DNA of 62,647 nucleotides, counting the filler, from Reclinomonas americana ATCC 50394 (Eukaryota), in the NCBI GenBank assembly GCA_048213135.1. It is 39 parts of 39 records of this genome, joined end to end, with 100 filler letters (N's around TTAATTAATTAA, not from the genome) between each part and the next. Parts side by side here need not be neighbours in the genome. Positions count along the whole stretch, not along the records: positions 1 to 1,528 come from AFZH01025491.1; positions 1,629 to 3,154 come from AFZH01025492.1; positions 3,255 to 4,779 come from AFZH01025493.1; positions 4,880 to 6,404 come from AFZH01025494.1; positions 6,505 to 8,029 come from AFZH01025495.1; positions 8,130 to 9,653 come from AFZH01025496.1; positions 9,754 to 11,278 come from AFZH01025497.1; 32 more parts are not named here. The stretch is one strand, 5' to 3'. The translations under genes were made by a program, and so were the position numbers. Positions 1 to 11,378 of the stretch are shown here, in pieces. Below the pieces are notes generated by a model that saw only the letters and a list, made by a program, of their open reading frames with translations, was not told the DNA's origin and ran no database searches. Within the stretch, counting starts at the first letter, position 1. The number at the start of each line of letters is the position of its first letter.

Positions 1-1528
1 CTGCGATTCCACAGCTTCAATGCGCCGAGCCCGTGCAAGAGCGGCGCGGATCTCCTCCAGCTGCTTCCGATCCGCTCGCTTCGTCGTATAATCACTGTCG
101 AGCAGCAGCTCCCGCCTGCTAATGACATCGTTCATCAGGCGCTCGGCTTCCTCCAAGTTCTCCATACCGCCGAGTTTCGAGAGGTGGGACGCAAGGTTCT
201 GAGCGCAGCGGACCGCGGTGGCACTAGCATCGCCGTGATCCTCATGTTGACGTACGCGCGTGAAAAGTTCTCGGCTGATTCGAACTGCCTCCTCGTAGTT
301 CTGGCCAGCCTCGTAAGCACGCGCGAGCTCCTCCATGACTTGGAACACCGAATCCTTCTTCGGCGCAGGCAATCGTCGCAGCCCATCCAGCGCATCGCGC
401 AGCAACGCAACGGCTTCATCCGGACGCCCGAGCTTCCGCATGGTGGTACCCATTCTTGCCGTCGTGGAGTGCACGCGAAAATGATCGTCACCCAACTGCC
501 GTGACCACCGCTCACGAACATCCTCCAGCAGAGAAACGGCCTCCGCGAGATTGGCCTTGCCGCCAACATCGCCTAGATACCATCCGAGATTGGAGGCGCA
601 CGCCATGGTCCGTTCGTCGTCGTCGCCGGAGACTTTGCGACGCCGCACTAGCACCTCGCGCGCAATCTCCACTGCCTCTCTGTTCTCTCCGGCGCTGTGG
701 AGAGCTTTGGCGAGATCATGCATCGTTAACAGCGTCGCCTCACTGTCTTTCGGCAAGACTCGTTTCTGACGCCGCAGAATGTCACGTAGCCACAGCGACC
801 TCGTCGTACTGATCGAGCTGGGAGAGAATGCGACACAGCTCCGCAACACGATGCAAGGTGAGAAAATGGTCGGCACCGTAGACTTCGCGCGACGTATCGA
901 CGACATGTTCAAGGACTGTCATAGCCTCGAGCAAGTTCGCCGTGCCGCCGACTCCCGTGAGAGCAGTAGCAAGTATGTCGCCAGCAGCACACCTGAATTT
1001 CTCATCCATTTTCTCTCCTGCCCGCACCATGTCACGGCAAAAGTCAACGGCCTCCTTGAACAACTTTGCGGCACACAGAGCCCCACCGAGATCAAGCAAG
1101 GCCAGTCCAAGATCATCGTCGGTGTCGGGCAGCACACGTTGCATGCTCTCGACAACGGCGCGCAGCACAGGAACGGCCTCGGCGCCTCGCCCCGCTCTCG
1201 TCATTTCAGTGCCCAGGTCGCGCTTCGCGCACATCGCCAACCTGTGGTCGTCGCCATACACACGACTGTATCGTGCCGAGCACTCCTCCAGCACCGTAAC
1301 CGCGTGCACGTGGTCATCCGTCATCGTCAGGCATTTGAGGTGATTGACGGCCGATTGAATCGTCTGCTGGTTGTTGGGGCCGAGAATCTCCGTAAACTCG
1401 CGCACGCACTCGGCAAAGCTGGCAGCCGCTCGCGCGTTGTCGCCGGCCCTGAAGGCCTCCATTGCCTGTGCGTAACGCGCAATCGTGGCATGCAGTCGCC
1501 GATGTTCGCGTTCGCGTTCCGGATCCTG
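1..1528 (-). CDS. TPR-repeat protein (kinesin-light-chain/TPR_10-12-like repeats), partial, one frameshift near 790
   Basis: Repeats such as EILGPNNQQTIQSAVNHL, RVYGDDHRLAMCAKRDLG, EVYGADHFLTLHRVAEL. After the stop at 782 the same repeats continue in a shifted frame (LRDILRRQKRVLPKDSEATLLTMHDLAKAL...RQLGDDHFRVHSTTARMG) to the window edge. Confidence 0.75.
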
Positions 1529-1628
1529 NNNNNNNNNNNNNNNNNNNNNNNNNNNNNNNNNNNNNNNNNNNNTTAATTAATTAANNNNNNNNNNNNNNNN
1601 NNNNNNNNNNNNNNNNNNNNNNNNNNNN
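1529..1628. other. Artificial contig linker (44N-TTAATTAATTAA-44N); first of 38 copies in the window
   Basis: Identical 100-bp block recurs every ~1.6 kb; TTAATTAATTAA gives stops in all six frames; gene content and composition change abruptly across it. Confidence 0.99.
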
Positions 1629-1949
1629 GGTCGGTGGCAGTGATCAGCGGGTTGTTATCAGTCGACTTTTTCTGTTCTGTGTGTCAGCGTGTGAGACAAG
1701 TATGTGTGTGTGTGCGAGAAGAGGGAGATTGTCTCCGCGGACCTGCAAAAAGCAGCAGAGGAGGCGCGGAGGCCGAGAGGAGGAGCAGTGAGCGCAGCAG
1801 CAGCATGCAATGTTATTTTGCCGTAAATTAATGCAATCACCGTACGCGTACACAACAGTTTTTAAACAGACCGGCCGGTTCATTCACCCCCCCCTCTCTC
1901 TCACCAGTATCTAACATAATACACACCCCACACTATTATATGCTGCGGG

Positions 1950-3154
1950 TCAGCAAATGGTTACTCGAGCACGCGGATCGCGCAGTGTTACGCCAAAATG
2001 GAAGCCGTTTGCGATCTCTGTCTCTGGGATCTGCAGCGTGCCAATGAGGCTCGCCGTGACCTGGTGAATGTTGTTCACAAAGAAGGTGATCTCGTTTTGC
2101 ACCAAGTCCAACGTCAGCGTCACCACGTCGCCAGTGCGGTAGCTGCCCGTGTAGCGACCGGCTCGAGAGCTGCCGCGATGCATAATGCCGTAGTCGCTGT
2201 GAAGGGTGAGGTCTGGTGAGCGACGAGAACAACAAGTGGTGAGAGAGAGAGAGAGAGAAACGAAACTTGCCCTCGAGGCCCCATCCTCGCGTGTGCACAC
2301 CCTCCGACACAATGGCCGATGCCGACGTGCAGTTGACCAGTTCCGAGGCCGGCATGATACCGATCCAGTAGTGCGTGGCGGCCGGCTTGTTGTCAATACG
2401 AATGGAAATCTGCACGTCACAAGGGCGTGTCAGCATCGCCAAGCAGTCGCAGAAGGGGAATGAAGTTCAACACTGCTCACCGTGTGCACTTCGCCGGGAT
2501 ACATGCACAGATCGGAGAACACACTGGCGGTCTCGGCCACCGAGTCGGCGGGCCGGCTTGCCGTGCGGTTCTTGTTGCTGAGTTCAATGGCAGCCGACTT
2601 GTACCGTGAGCTGAACGCTGTGCACGGAGACCGAAAGGCGTGAGATGCTGCCGCACACACACAAGAGTCCATGCCGGACGTACCGAGAGAGAAAATGCGC
2701 TCAATCTTGCTCACGAGGAAGCACATGTTCGGCGACTGCATGAGAGCTTCGCACTGTGCCACGGCCCAGATGACGGATTCAATGTTGCGTGCTCGTGAGT
2801 AGGCCTGGTTGGCGGTGTTGCTTGCCAGAGACAGATACAGCGTCGCCAGTGCATGCTCGGTAAGCACCGGATCGTAGCGCTCCGACGACGGATCGATTTG
2901 GAGAGCGTAATCGAGCAGCATCTGCAGGCCACTGCACACACGCAGTGCAATCTGGTTCGTTGTGTGATCTGCACAGCAAAACACGCAAATCATCAGACAC
3001 TGTGTGTTTGAACTCCACACAGCTGTGTGACAAACAAGACGCAACTGCACACGGCGTTCCGAATGGCGCCAACGCATTCCCGCAGCAGCTCCATATCATT
3101 GCAGCGCTTGTCGATCAACGACACCAGCGTCTCCATGCCACCGCACTCGCAGAA
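1950..3154 (-). CDS. Spliced gene: armadillo-like helical region plus C-terminal SPRY/B30.2-like domain, 5' truncated
   Basis: GT-AG introns join YPGEVHT|ISIRIDNKPAATHYWIGI...RGWGL|...SYRTGDVVTLTLDLVQNEITFFVNN (SPRY-type GDxIxxxLD..I.F.xN motif); upstream helical segment EHALATLYLSLASNTANQ. Confidence 0.6.
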
Positions 3155-3254
3155 NNNNNNNNNNNNNNNNNNNNNNNNNNNNNNNNNNNNNNNNNNNNTT
3201 AATTAATTAANNNNNNNNNNNNNNNNNNNNNNNNNNNNNNNNNNNNNNNNNNNN

Positions 3255-4779
3255 GCCCTCGTCGCCAATACGGTTCCGCGACAACTCAATGCGCGGAATC
3301 TTCACGCCGGCGTCCAGCATGGTGGCGTACGCCACGGCACCCTGCACACACACACACACACCCCCCAACATGAGCACGTAATGTACACCATGTCGTCGTT
3401 GTCGCTCCCCTACCTGATTGCCAATCTCATTGTGCGACAGCGTCAGCTGCACAATCGGCTGCAGGCGTGTGCGAATGACCTCACTGAGTTTCGTAATGGC
3501 CACATCGCCGAGACTGTTGTGCGAGAGGTCGAGACGGCGAATGGAGCGATTGTCTCGCACAATGTCGGCCAGCACCTGTGCGCCGTCCTCGTCGGTGAGA
3601 CTGTTGGCCGACAGCACCAGGTCGTGCACCGACATGTTGTGTGCCAGCGCCGCGTGCAGGGCAATCAGCTCCACTGTGCTCACGCCGCAGTGCGAGAGCG
3701 ACAGCTTGCGCAGCGACAGGTGGTACTTGAGCGGATTGCTGAGTGCCACCACGGCTTCGCGCACGGGTGTTTCACTGGGCGCGAGTGTGGTGAGAGGCAG
3801 GGAGGGTGAGAGGGAGGGAGGGAGGGAGGGAGGGAGGGAGACGGAGACCAACCAATTGTCCAGAATCAGTTCCTCGGCCTCGCTGTTGGCGAAAAAGTTC
3901 AACACACGCTGATCCGGCACCTCGCCACAGTGCGCCATCTTGTTGGTGTATGTGAGACTGGCACGCTTGTTGTTCAGCGCAATCACCCACGCCAACTGAT
4001 CCTTGTCGGTGTCGGCGTGGAAATACAACTTGCGACCCTCGACAATCAGCTCCAAGCACCCTTGCTGTGTGTGTGAGGGAGACAGAGGAGGGAGTGTGTG
4101 AGCGGCAAGACGATGATGCTTGCACGCAGGATGAGGCAAGCGCACCTTCTTGTCTTTGCGATCGGCCGGGCGCACTTCACACGTCTCGACATTGATGGTG
4201 CCCTTCAGTTTGTGCTTGGTGGCCGTGTAATACGACAGCGTGTTGCCCTGCAGCTTGAACAAGCGCCGCTTCCAGCTCTTGATGATGCGACCCTCCTTGG
4301 TCAACCAGCCTTGCATGTCAACGTGCTGCCGCGCACACAATCAACAAACACACCAATAATGACCGCACAGCAACACCAACACCAGCAACAACGAAACCTC
4401 TGCAGGGATCTCCTCGTCGGGTCTCAGCTCGTTGAGTCCCAGCGGATCCTCATCGTCGCTCAGCTCGGGATCGTAGCCGACATCAGGCGGCGGCGGGATC
4501 CTGCGAGAACAAAAAACAAACATCAATCACACACACACACACTCTTCTCTCTCTCTCACACACACACACACTCACCACGGCAACGCAGCCGCTGCGGCAG
4601 CCGCGCGCATTGAGCGATCGCGGTAGAGTGTGGACTCCATCTCCGACTCCCAGTCGGTGGGCATGGAGCCATCAAACGAGGGCGAGCGCACTGCGCGTGT
4701 GGCCGATGGAGACGACGGGCCACCCGCCGTCGGTGCCATGACCACCACAGAGCGCGTCACTGCTGCTGTTGCTGCTGCT
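3255..4779 (-). CDS. PH domain plus ribonuclease-inhibitor-type LRR protein, spliced, partial (copy A)
   Basis: QGWLTKEGRIIKSWKRRLFKLQGNTLSYY (PH); LRKLSLSHCGV, IRRLDLSHNSLGD, LTLSHNEIGN (LRR_RI). Confidence 0.85.
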
Positions 4780-4879
4780 NNNNNNNNNNNNNNNNNNNNN
4801 NNNNNNNNNNNNNNNNNNNNNNNTTAATTAATTAANNNNNNNNNNNNNNNNNNNNNNNNNNNNNNNNNNNNNNNNNNNN

Positions 4880-6404
4880 TGCCTACGTGATCGCCAGATT
4901 CCCAAGTCACGGTACGAGGTCGATCACGACTACATTCTGCGACCGACCACTGCCGATCTGCGGGTTTGTTTGGTTCCTTGGCGTCCATCTCTCTCTCTCT
5001 CTCAGACCGCCGCGTCTTCTAAATCGCAATATACCGCCGCAGCTCACCATGCAAGTGTCGGCGACCAAGGACCACACACGACCGGCGATTGACGCCGAGC
5101 TGGTGTTCCGCGAGATTGTTGTCTGCCTGCAGAACCGACAGTACCGCAGCGTGCTAATGCTGTTGAACTATTTTTCGAACTTTGAGCGGCTTGAAAAGGT
5201 TCGTCGGGCGGTGTGCGCCAACGCACCGAAACCGCGAGTCATTTTTCTCATCTGTCGCCTACAGTTCCGCCGCTTCCGTCCCGCCGGTCGTGTCACTGCC
5301 GCCAACGCGCGTGAGTGGTGGGATTACTTGTTTGTGATGCTGCGCGGCATTATTGCCGAGCGTCGCTCCAAGTTCAACATGAGCCACGTGCTGGAAGCGT
5401 GCCACAATCGTCGTCGCTACGTCTTGCTGTACAAGCAGCGCGAACGATGTCCGTGGGTGCGTTTCTTTCTTGACAAAGACGTGGTGGGGTGGAGACGAGA
5501 GACTCACACACGATTGTCGTGTGCATTAGCTGCCGCCCATGGACGCCCGCGATGAGGCCGAGTTTGCCGAGATTGAGAAGCACTTTGACGTGTCGGTGCT
5601 CATCCTTTTCCGCTCCATCGCCAAGCGCGAGATCGAAGTCGAAGGCCGTCGTCACAAGGCATGGGAAGCCGAGCGCAAGCGTCGTGAGGCCGAGGCCAAC
5701 CCTGGCTTCTTCCGTCGCCTGTTTGGCGCGCGCAAGAAGGTTCTACCGTCGCACCTCCGGAAAGGTGTTGTGTGTGTGCGTGGTTGACTGACAAAGAAAT
5801 GTGCTCAGCCGCAGAATGAAGGCACGAGTGCCGAAGAGCCGTCGTGGGATCTGGAGCTCACCAAGGCGGAGCGCGATGCGCTGATGGAGCAAGTGGTGGC
5901 CGAGAGTGCTGTGGCCACGGAGGACTGGCCAGCTACTGTTGCGTTCGCCTCTGAGTGTGCCAGTTGGCATTCTGTTGCGGTTCTCACGTCTGTCTCTCGC
6001 GATGCACAGACGCCAAAGATGCGCTTCAGTGCCTCACTTGTGCGCGGCGAGATCATCCTGGCACACAATCGCAACCGCGAGTTGATGCGAATGCGTTTCG
6101 ATGATCAATCTGCTGAAGTGGTCATGTTCCCCAACCGCATGCGAGTTGCGTTGTGCAACATGGTGTGTGTGCGTGTCATATCCTCCTTCTCTTTACTCAC
6201 CGAGCACAACAGGTGGTCGGACACCTGACATCGTTCCATGTGACCGACTGCACCGGTCGTGGGTCGGCGTTTGAACGCATCGTTGATCGCCCGTTGTTGA
6301 TGTCAACGCCGAGTAGTCTCGATGCTGCGATTCCGCCACTGCTGGCGTTCTCGTTCGACACGTCGCCGCGTGAAGGAGTTGAGCGAGTTGGCCATCTTTG
6401 TTTT
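4880..6404 (+). CDS. VPS13: VPS13-family lipid transport protein, N-terminal region fragment, spliced
   Basis: HDYILRP...IVVCLQNRQYRSVL...FRRFRP...NAREWWDY...RRRYVLLYKQ...EIEKHFDVSVLILFRSIAK...GFFRRLFG follows the VPS13 N-terminal pattern. Confidence 0.85.
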
Positions 6405-6504
6405 NNNNNNNNNNNNNNNNNNNNNNNNNNNNNNNNNNNNNNNNNNNNTTAATTAATTAANNNNNNNNNNNNNNNNNNNNNNNNNNNNNNNNNNNNNNNN
6501 NNNN

Positions 6505-6810
6505 AGCGACACGGAGGAGAGGAGCGAGCAACGACACGGAGGAGAGGAGCGAGCAGCGACACGGAGGAGAGGAGCGAGCAGCGACACGGAGGAGAGGAGT
6601 GAGCGGCGGACACGAAGAGAGAGGAGCGAGCAGCGACACGGAGGAGAGGAGTGAGCGGCGGACACGAAGAGAGAGGAGCGACCAGCGACACGGAGGAGAG
6701 GAGTGAGCAGCGACACGGAGGAGAGGAGCGACCAGCGACACGGAGGAGCGGAGCGACCAGCGACACGGAGGAGAGGAGCAAGCAGCGACATGGGAGAGAG
6801 GAGCGAGCAC
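6505..6810. repeat. Tandem minisatellite, ~25-bp unit AGCGACACGGAGGAGAGGAGCGAGC, about 12 slightly variant copies
   Basis: Direct head-to-tail repeats with no spacers, at a contig end; probably intronic in the SEC3 gene. Confidence 0.9.
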
Positions 6811-6819
6811 TCTTCGATG

Positions 6820-7795
6820 TCAAACGCACCCCCTGGCAGTGTGAAGCCGCGCATTGCTGATGGTCTGCTCCTGTTCCGCGGTCAGCAACAAAGGCGTCTG
6901 CGCAGCAGCGTGTCAGCTCGCCACAGTCGCACTCTTGTCAAAAGGCGCAAGCACCACTGACCAAGATCTCCTCCAATTTGTTGGCCAACAGCTGCTCGTT
7001 CTTCAGTCGGCGTTCGCGCCGAGTGTTGTCGTGGTCCAGCACGTCCATTTCCGATTTCACCTCCTGTGGCACGCAGATAAGCAAGCTTTGCGAGGCACAA
7101 GGCGGTGGCGTGCACGTAACTCCGAGAATCGTCGATTTCTCCTTCATGGTGGATTCGAGTTCCGCGACAGCCACCGTGGCGCCCGACACCTCGTCGATGA
7201 TGAAGCGGACCTTGTCCTCCATTTGCAGCAGCAGAAACACGTTGGTCTTCTCCAGCTGCAACAGCTCCTCCTCCAGGCGCTCGGTAAAGGCCACCGTGTC
7301 ACGCACGTCAAAGGCATACGTGCTGGCCAGGTGCGAGAGATCCTGCTCTTCCTTCTCGCTCAGCAGATCGCGATACGGAACGTGCGCTGCGCAAAGGTAA
7401 GAGGGGGGAAAGAACGGATGGGATGGGGAAAAGCGCACCGGCGGCACGACCGGCTTCTGCCAGGTTGTCGAGCGACGGGTTCAGATTGGCGGTCATGCCT
7501 GCAAGAGGAGTGAACAAAAAGCGGGAGGGGGAGGACGAAGAAGAAGCACAGTACGCACCGGCCAAGCGAAGTTCCATCTCAGAAATGTTGGTGATGGCCG
7601 GCGTGCGGTTAAAATACTCGTCGCACAACTGCAAGTAGGTGTGTGTGTGTGCGTGTGAGCGACGAGAAAAAAACGAACGAGATTTTGGCAGCGTACCCGC
7701 ACAGCCTTCCACAGAAATGCATTCTTCTCTTCCGGGTGCGTGAGGCGGAGGTGAATGGCCTTTTCCTTAAAGTGCAGCTTGCAGCAACTCACCTG
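6820..7795 (-). CDS. SEC3: Exocyst subunit Sec3/EXOC1 fragment, spliced
   Basis: EEKNAFLWKAVR..LCDEYFNRTPAITNI...LSEKEEQDL...AFTERLEEELLQLEKTNV...EMDVLDHDNTRRERRLKNEQLLANKLEEIL resembles the EXOC1 PH end and coiled-coil region. Confidence 0.7.
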
Positions 7796-7893
7796 GAGCG
7801 GCGGAGTTAGCGGGAGAGAGGGCAAGGGGGAAGGGAGAGAAGAGAAAGAGAAGAGTGAGAAGAGTGAGAAGAGAAGAGAGAGAAGTTGTCTGA

Positions 7894-7999
<106 letters not shown>

Positions 8000-8335
8000 G
8001 ACGAGACGAGACGACGACGACGACGACGANNNNNNNNNNNNNNNNNNNNNNNNNNNNNNNNNNNNNNNNNNNNTTAATTAATTAANNNNNNNNNNNNNNN
8101 NNNNNNNNNNNNNNNNNNNNNNNNNNNNNGTGTGTGTGTGTGTGTGCGTGTGCGTGTGTGTGCGAACAGTGTTCCGTGTTCGAAGATTGGGGGACACGAT
8201 GCAAAGGACGTGCTGCACACCGTCGACGATTGACAACTGCACCATCCCTTATGGCGACCCGCCTGAGTTCAACAGAGTAAACTTCACTCGAAAAGGTACA
8301 AAACAAAAGGCAGAGAGGCAATGCAATTCAACGAA

Positions 8336-9442
8336 TTATAAGCACGAGTCGGGATCTTCGCTGCGACGATGCAGCACGACCGCGGCATCCTCGACAATGA
8401 AACAGCGCAGCACCATCTCCGGCAGGCAGCGTGAGTCCGGTTCCCCGTCTTCGCCGACAACAGCAGCTGTTCGCTGCATCTCCTGCACGGCCAGCAGGGC
8501 CGACCGCGCACCGTCGAGCTCCAACCGAGCGAGACCACATGGAGTGGACCACACTCGCACAATGCTGTCGTCGCCTCCACTCACAATGTGCTGCCCATCG
8601 GGAGAGACAACGACAGAAATTACTTCGTGAGCGCGTTCCTCCAGCCGCTGCACTTCCTCTCCACTCGCCAGCGACCACACTCGCACGGTGCCGTCGGCGC
8701 ACCCGCTGACAATAAACTGGCCATTGGGGGTGACAGCGACACTGCGCACCCATCTCTTGTGCCGCTTCAACCGTCGCACTTCCTCACCAGTCGCCAGTGA
8801 CCACACTCGCACAGTCTGGTCCCAACTCCCACTCACAACGAACTGTCCGTCAGGAGTGACGGCGACAGATGACACCAAATCATCATGTCCCTCCAGACAA
8901 TGAACTTCCTCGCCTCTCGCCAGTGACCACACAAGAACTGTAGAGTCATCCCCGCAACTCACAACGAGCTGCCCATCGGGAGTGACGGCGACAGAGCCCA
9001 CCGCGCATCTATGTCCCTGGAACCGTCGCACCTCCTCGCCACTCGCGAATGACCACACGCGCACGGTCTGGTCATAACTCCCACTCACGACATGCTGACC
9101 GTCGGGAGTGACCACAACACTGCGCACCCAGCCAGTGTGCCCCTCCATCCGTCGCACCTCTTGGCCACTCGCCAATAACCACACGCGCACAGTGTTATCA
9201 CCACTCGCGCTGATAATGTGCTGACTGTCGGGAGTGACAACAACGAAGCTCACTGTGTGAGAGTGCCCCTCCAGCCGTCGCACCTCCTTCCCGGTCGCCA
9301 GTGACCACACTCGCATTGTTCTGTCGAGACTCCCACCCACGACGTACCGACCGTCGGGAGAGATGGCGACGCAGTATAACTCGCCAGTGTGCCCAGTGAA
9401 ACGCCTGCAGCGGAAGATGGTGCGTTGCGGGGTGAGTGACAT
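8336..9442 (-). CDS. Intronless 7-blade WD40 protein with ~70-aa C-terminal tail
   Basis: Seven 42-aa repeats of consensus EVRRLEGHxxxVxSVAVTPDGQxVVSGSxDxTVRVWSLASG; likely ATG at 9442 (MSLTPQRT); stop at 8336. Confidence 0.92.
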   Translation of the reverse strand: MSLTPQRTIFRCRRFTGHTGELYCVAISPDGRYVVGGSLDRTMRVWSLATGKEVRRLEGHSHTVSFVVVTPDSQHIISASGDNTVRVWLLASGQEVRRMEGHTGWVRSVVVTPDGQHVVSGSYDQTVRVWSFASGEEVRRFQGHRCAVGSVAVTPDGQLVVSCGDDSTVLVWSLARGEEVHCLEGHDDLVSSVAVTPDGQFVVSGSWDQTVRVWSLATGEEVRRLKRHKRWVRSVAVTPNGQFIVSGCADGTVRVWSLASGEEVQRLEERAHEVISVVVSPDGQHIVSGGDDSIVRVWSTPCGLARLELDGARSALLAVQEMQRTAAVVGEDGEPDSRCLPEMVLRCFIVEDAAVVLHRRSEDPDSCL

Positions 9443-9753
9443 GAGGGAGGTGCGTGGGAGGGGGACGATGATTGAAGTGGGACAATGCAATATGCGCAAT
9501 CGCCGACGATGGAACTGCGAAGCGCCCGAGTACGACAGTAGATTCACTAAAGAACACATACACATACACTCAAGAGCAGACAGGAAACACCCCTCATGGA
9601 TTCAAAACACGAATTGGGGTCGACGCTGCGTCTGTGGACGATGACTGCTGCATNNNNNNNNNNNNNNNNNNNNNNNNNNNNNNNNNNNNNNNNNNNNTTA
9701 ATTAATTAANNNNNNNNNNNNNNNNNNNNNNNNNNNNNNNNNNNNNNNNNNNN

Positions 9754-11278
9754 GCCCTCGTCCCCAATACGGTTTCGCGACAACTCAATGCGCGGAATCT
9801 TCACGCCGGCGTCCAGCATGGTGGCGTACGCCACGGCACCCTGCACACACACACACACTCCGACATGAGCACGTAATGTACACCATCTCATCGTTGTCGC
9901 TCCCCTACCTGATTGCCAATCTCATTGTGCGACAGCGTCAGCTGCACAATCGGCTGCAGGCGTGTGCGAATGACCTCACTGAGTTTCGTAATGGCCACAT
10001 CGCCGAGACTGTTGTGCGAGAGGTCGAGACGGCGAATGGAGCGATTGTCTCGCACAATGTCGGCCAGCACCTGTGCGCCGTCCTCGTCGGTGAGACTGTT
10101 GGCCGACAGCACCAGGTCGTGCACCGACATGTTGTGTGCCAGCGCCGCGTGCAGGGCAATCAGCTCCACCGTGCTGACGCCGCAGTGCGAGAGCGACAGC
10201 TTGCGCAGCGACAGGTGGTACTTGAGTGGATTGCTGAGTGCCACCACTGCCTCGCGCACGGGTGTTTCACTGGGCGCGAGTGTGGTGAGAGGCAGGGGAG
10301 AGGGGGAGGGAGGGAGTGAGGGAGGGAGGGAGATGGGGACCAACCAATTGTCCAGAATCAGTTCCTCGGCCTCGCTGTTGGCGAAAAAGTTCAACACACG
10401 CTGATCCGGCACCTCGCCACAGTGCGCCATCTTGTTGGTGTACGTGAGACTGGCACGCTTGTTGTTCAGCGCAATCACCCACGCCAACTGATCCTTGTCG
10501 GTGTCGGCGTGGAAATACAACTTGCGACCCTCGACAATCAGCTCCAAGCACCCTTGCTGTGTGTGTGAGAGAGAGGGAGAGAGGAGGGAGTGTGTGAGCG
10601 GCAAGACGATGACGCTTGAGCGCAGCATGAGGAGAGCGCACCTTCTTGTCTTTGCGATCGGCCGGGCGCACTTCACACGTCTCGACATTGATTGTGCCCT
10701 TCAGTTTGTGCTTGGTGGCCGTGTAATACGACAGCGTGTTGCCCTGCAGCTTGAACAAGCGCCGCTTCCAGCTCTTGATGATGCGACCCTCCTTGGTCAA
10801 CCAGCCTTGCATGTCAACGTGCTGCGCACACGCACAATCAACAAACACACCAATAATGACCGCACAGCAACACCAACACCAGCAACAACAAAACCTCTGC
10901 AGGGATCTCCTCGTCGGGTCTCAGCTCGTTGAGTCCCAGCGGATCCTCATCGTCGCTCAGCTCGGGATCGTAGCCGACATCAGGCGGCGGCGGGATCCTG
11001 CGAGAACAAAAACAAACATCAATCACACATAAACACACTCTCTTCTCTCTCTCTCTCACACACACACTCACCACGGCAACGCAGCCGCTGCGGCAGCCGC
11101 GCGCATTGAGCGATCGCGGTAGAGTGTGGACTCCATCTCCGACTCCCAGTCGGTAGGCATGGAGCCATCAAACGAGGGCGAGCGCACTGCGCGTGTGGCC
11201 GATGGAGACGACGGGCCACCCGCCGTCGGTGCCATGACCACCACAGAGCGCGTCACTGCTGCTGCTGCTGCTGCTGTT
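9754..11278 (-). CDS. PH plus LRR_RI protein, near-identical second copy of 3255-4779 (copy B)
   Basis: Colinear end to end with copy A; most visible differences are in introns or silent positions. Confidence 0.85.
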
Positions 11279-11378
11279 NNNNNNNNNNNNNNNNNNNNNN
11301 NNNNNNNNNNNNNNNNNNNNNNTTAATTAATTAANNNNNNNNNNNNNNNNNNNNNNNNNNNNNNNNNNNNNNNNNNNN

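Noticed and set aside
782..784. TGA read-through or alternative genetic code in the TPR gene
   Set aside because: The continuation is in a different frame, so this is an indel; other genes use standard stops.
1573..1584. TTAATTAATTAA recurring at ~1.6-kb spacing as a biological repeat, att site or array
   Set aside because: Always centred in 88 Ns; it is a synthetic all-frame-stop linker.
6505..6810. 25-bp repeats as a CRISPR array
   Set aside because: Units are contiguous with no unique spacers, no cas genes, and lie in a eukaryotic gene.
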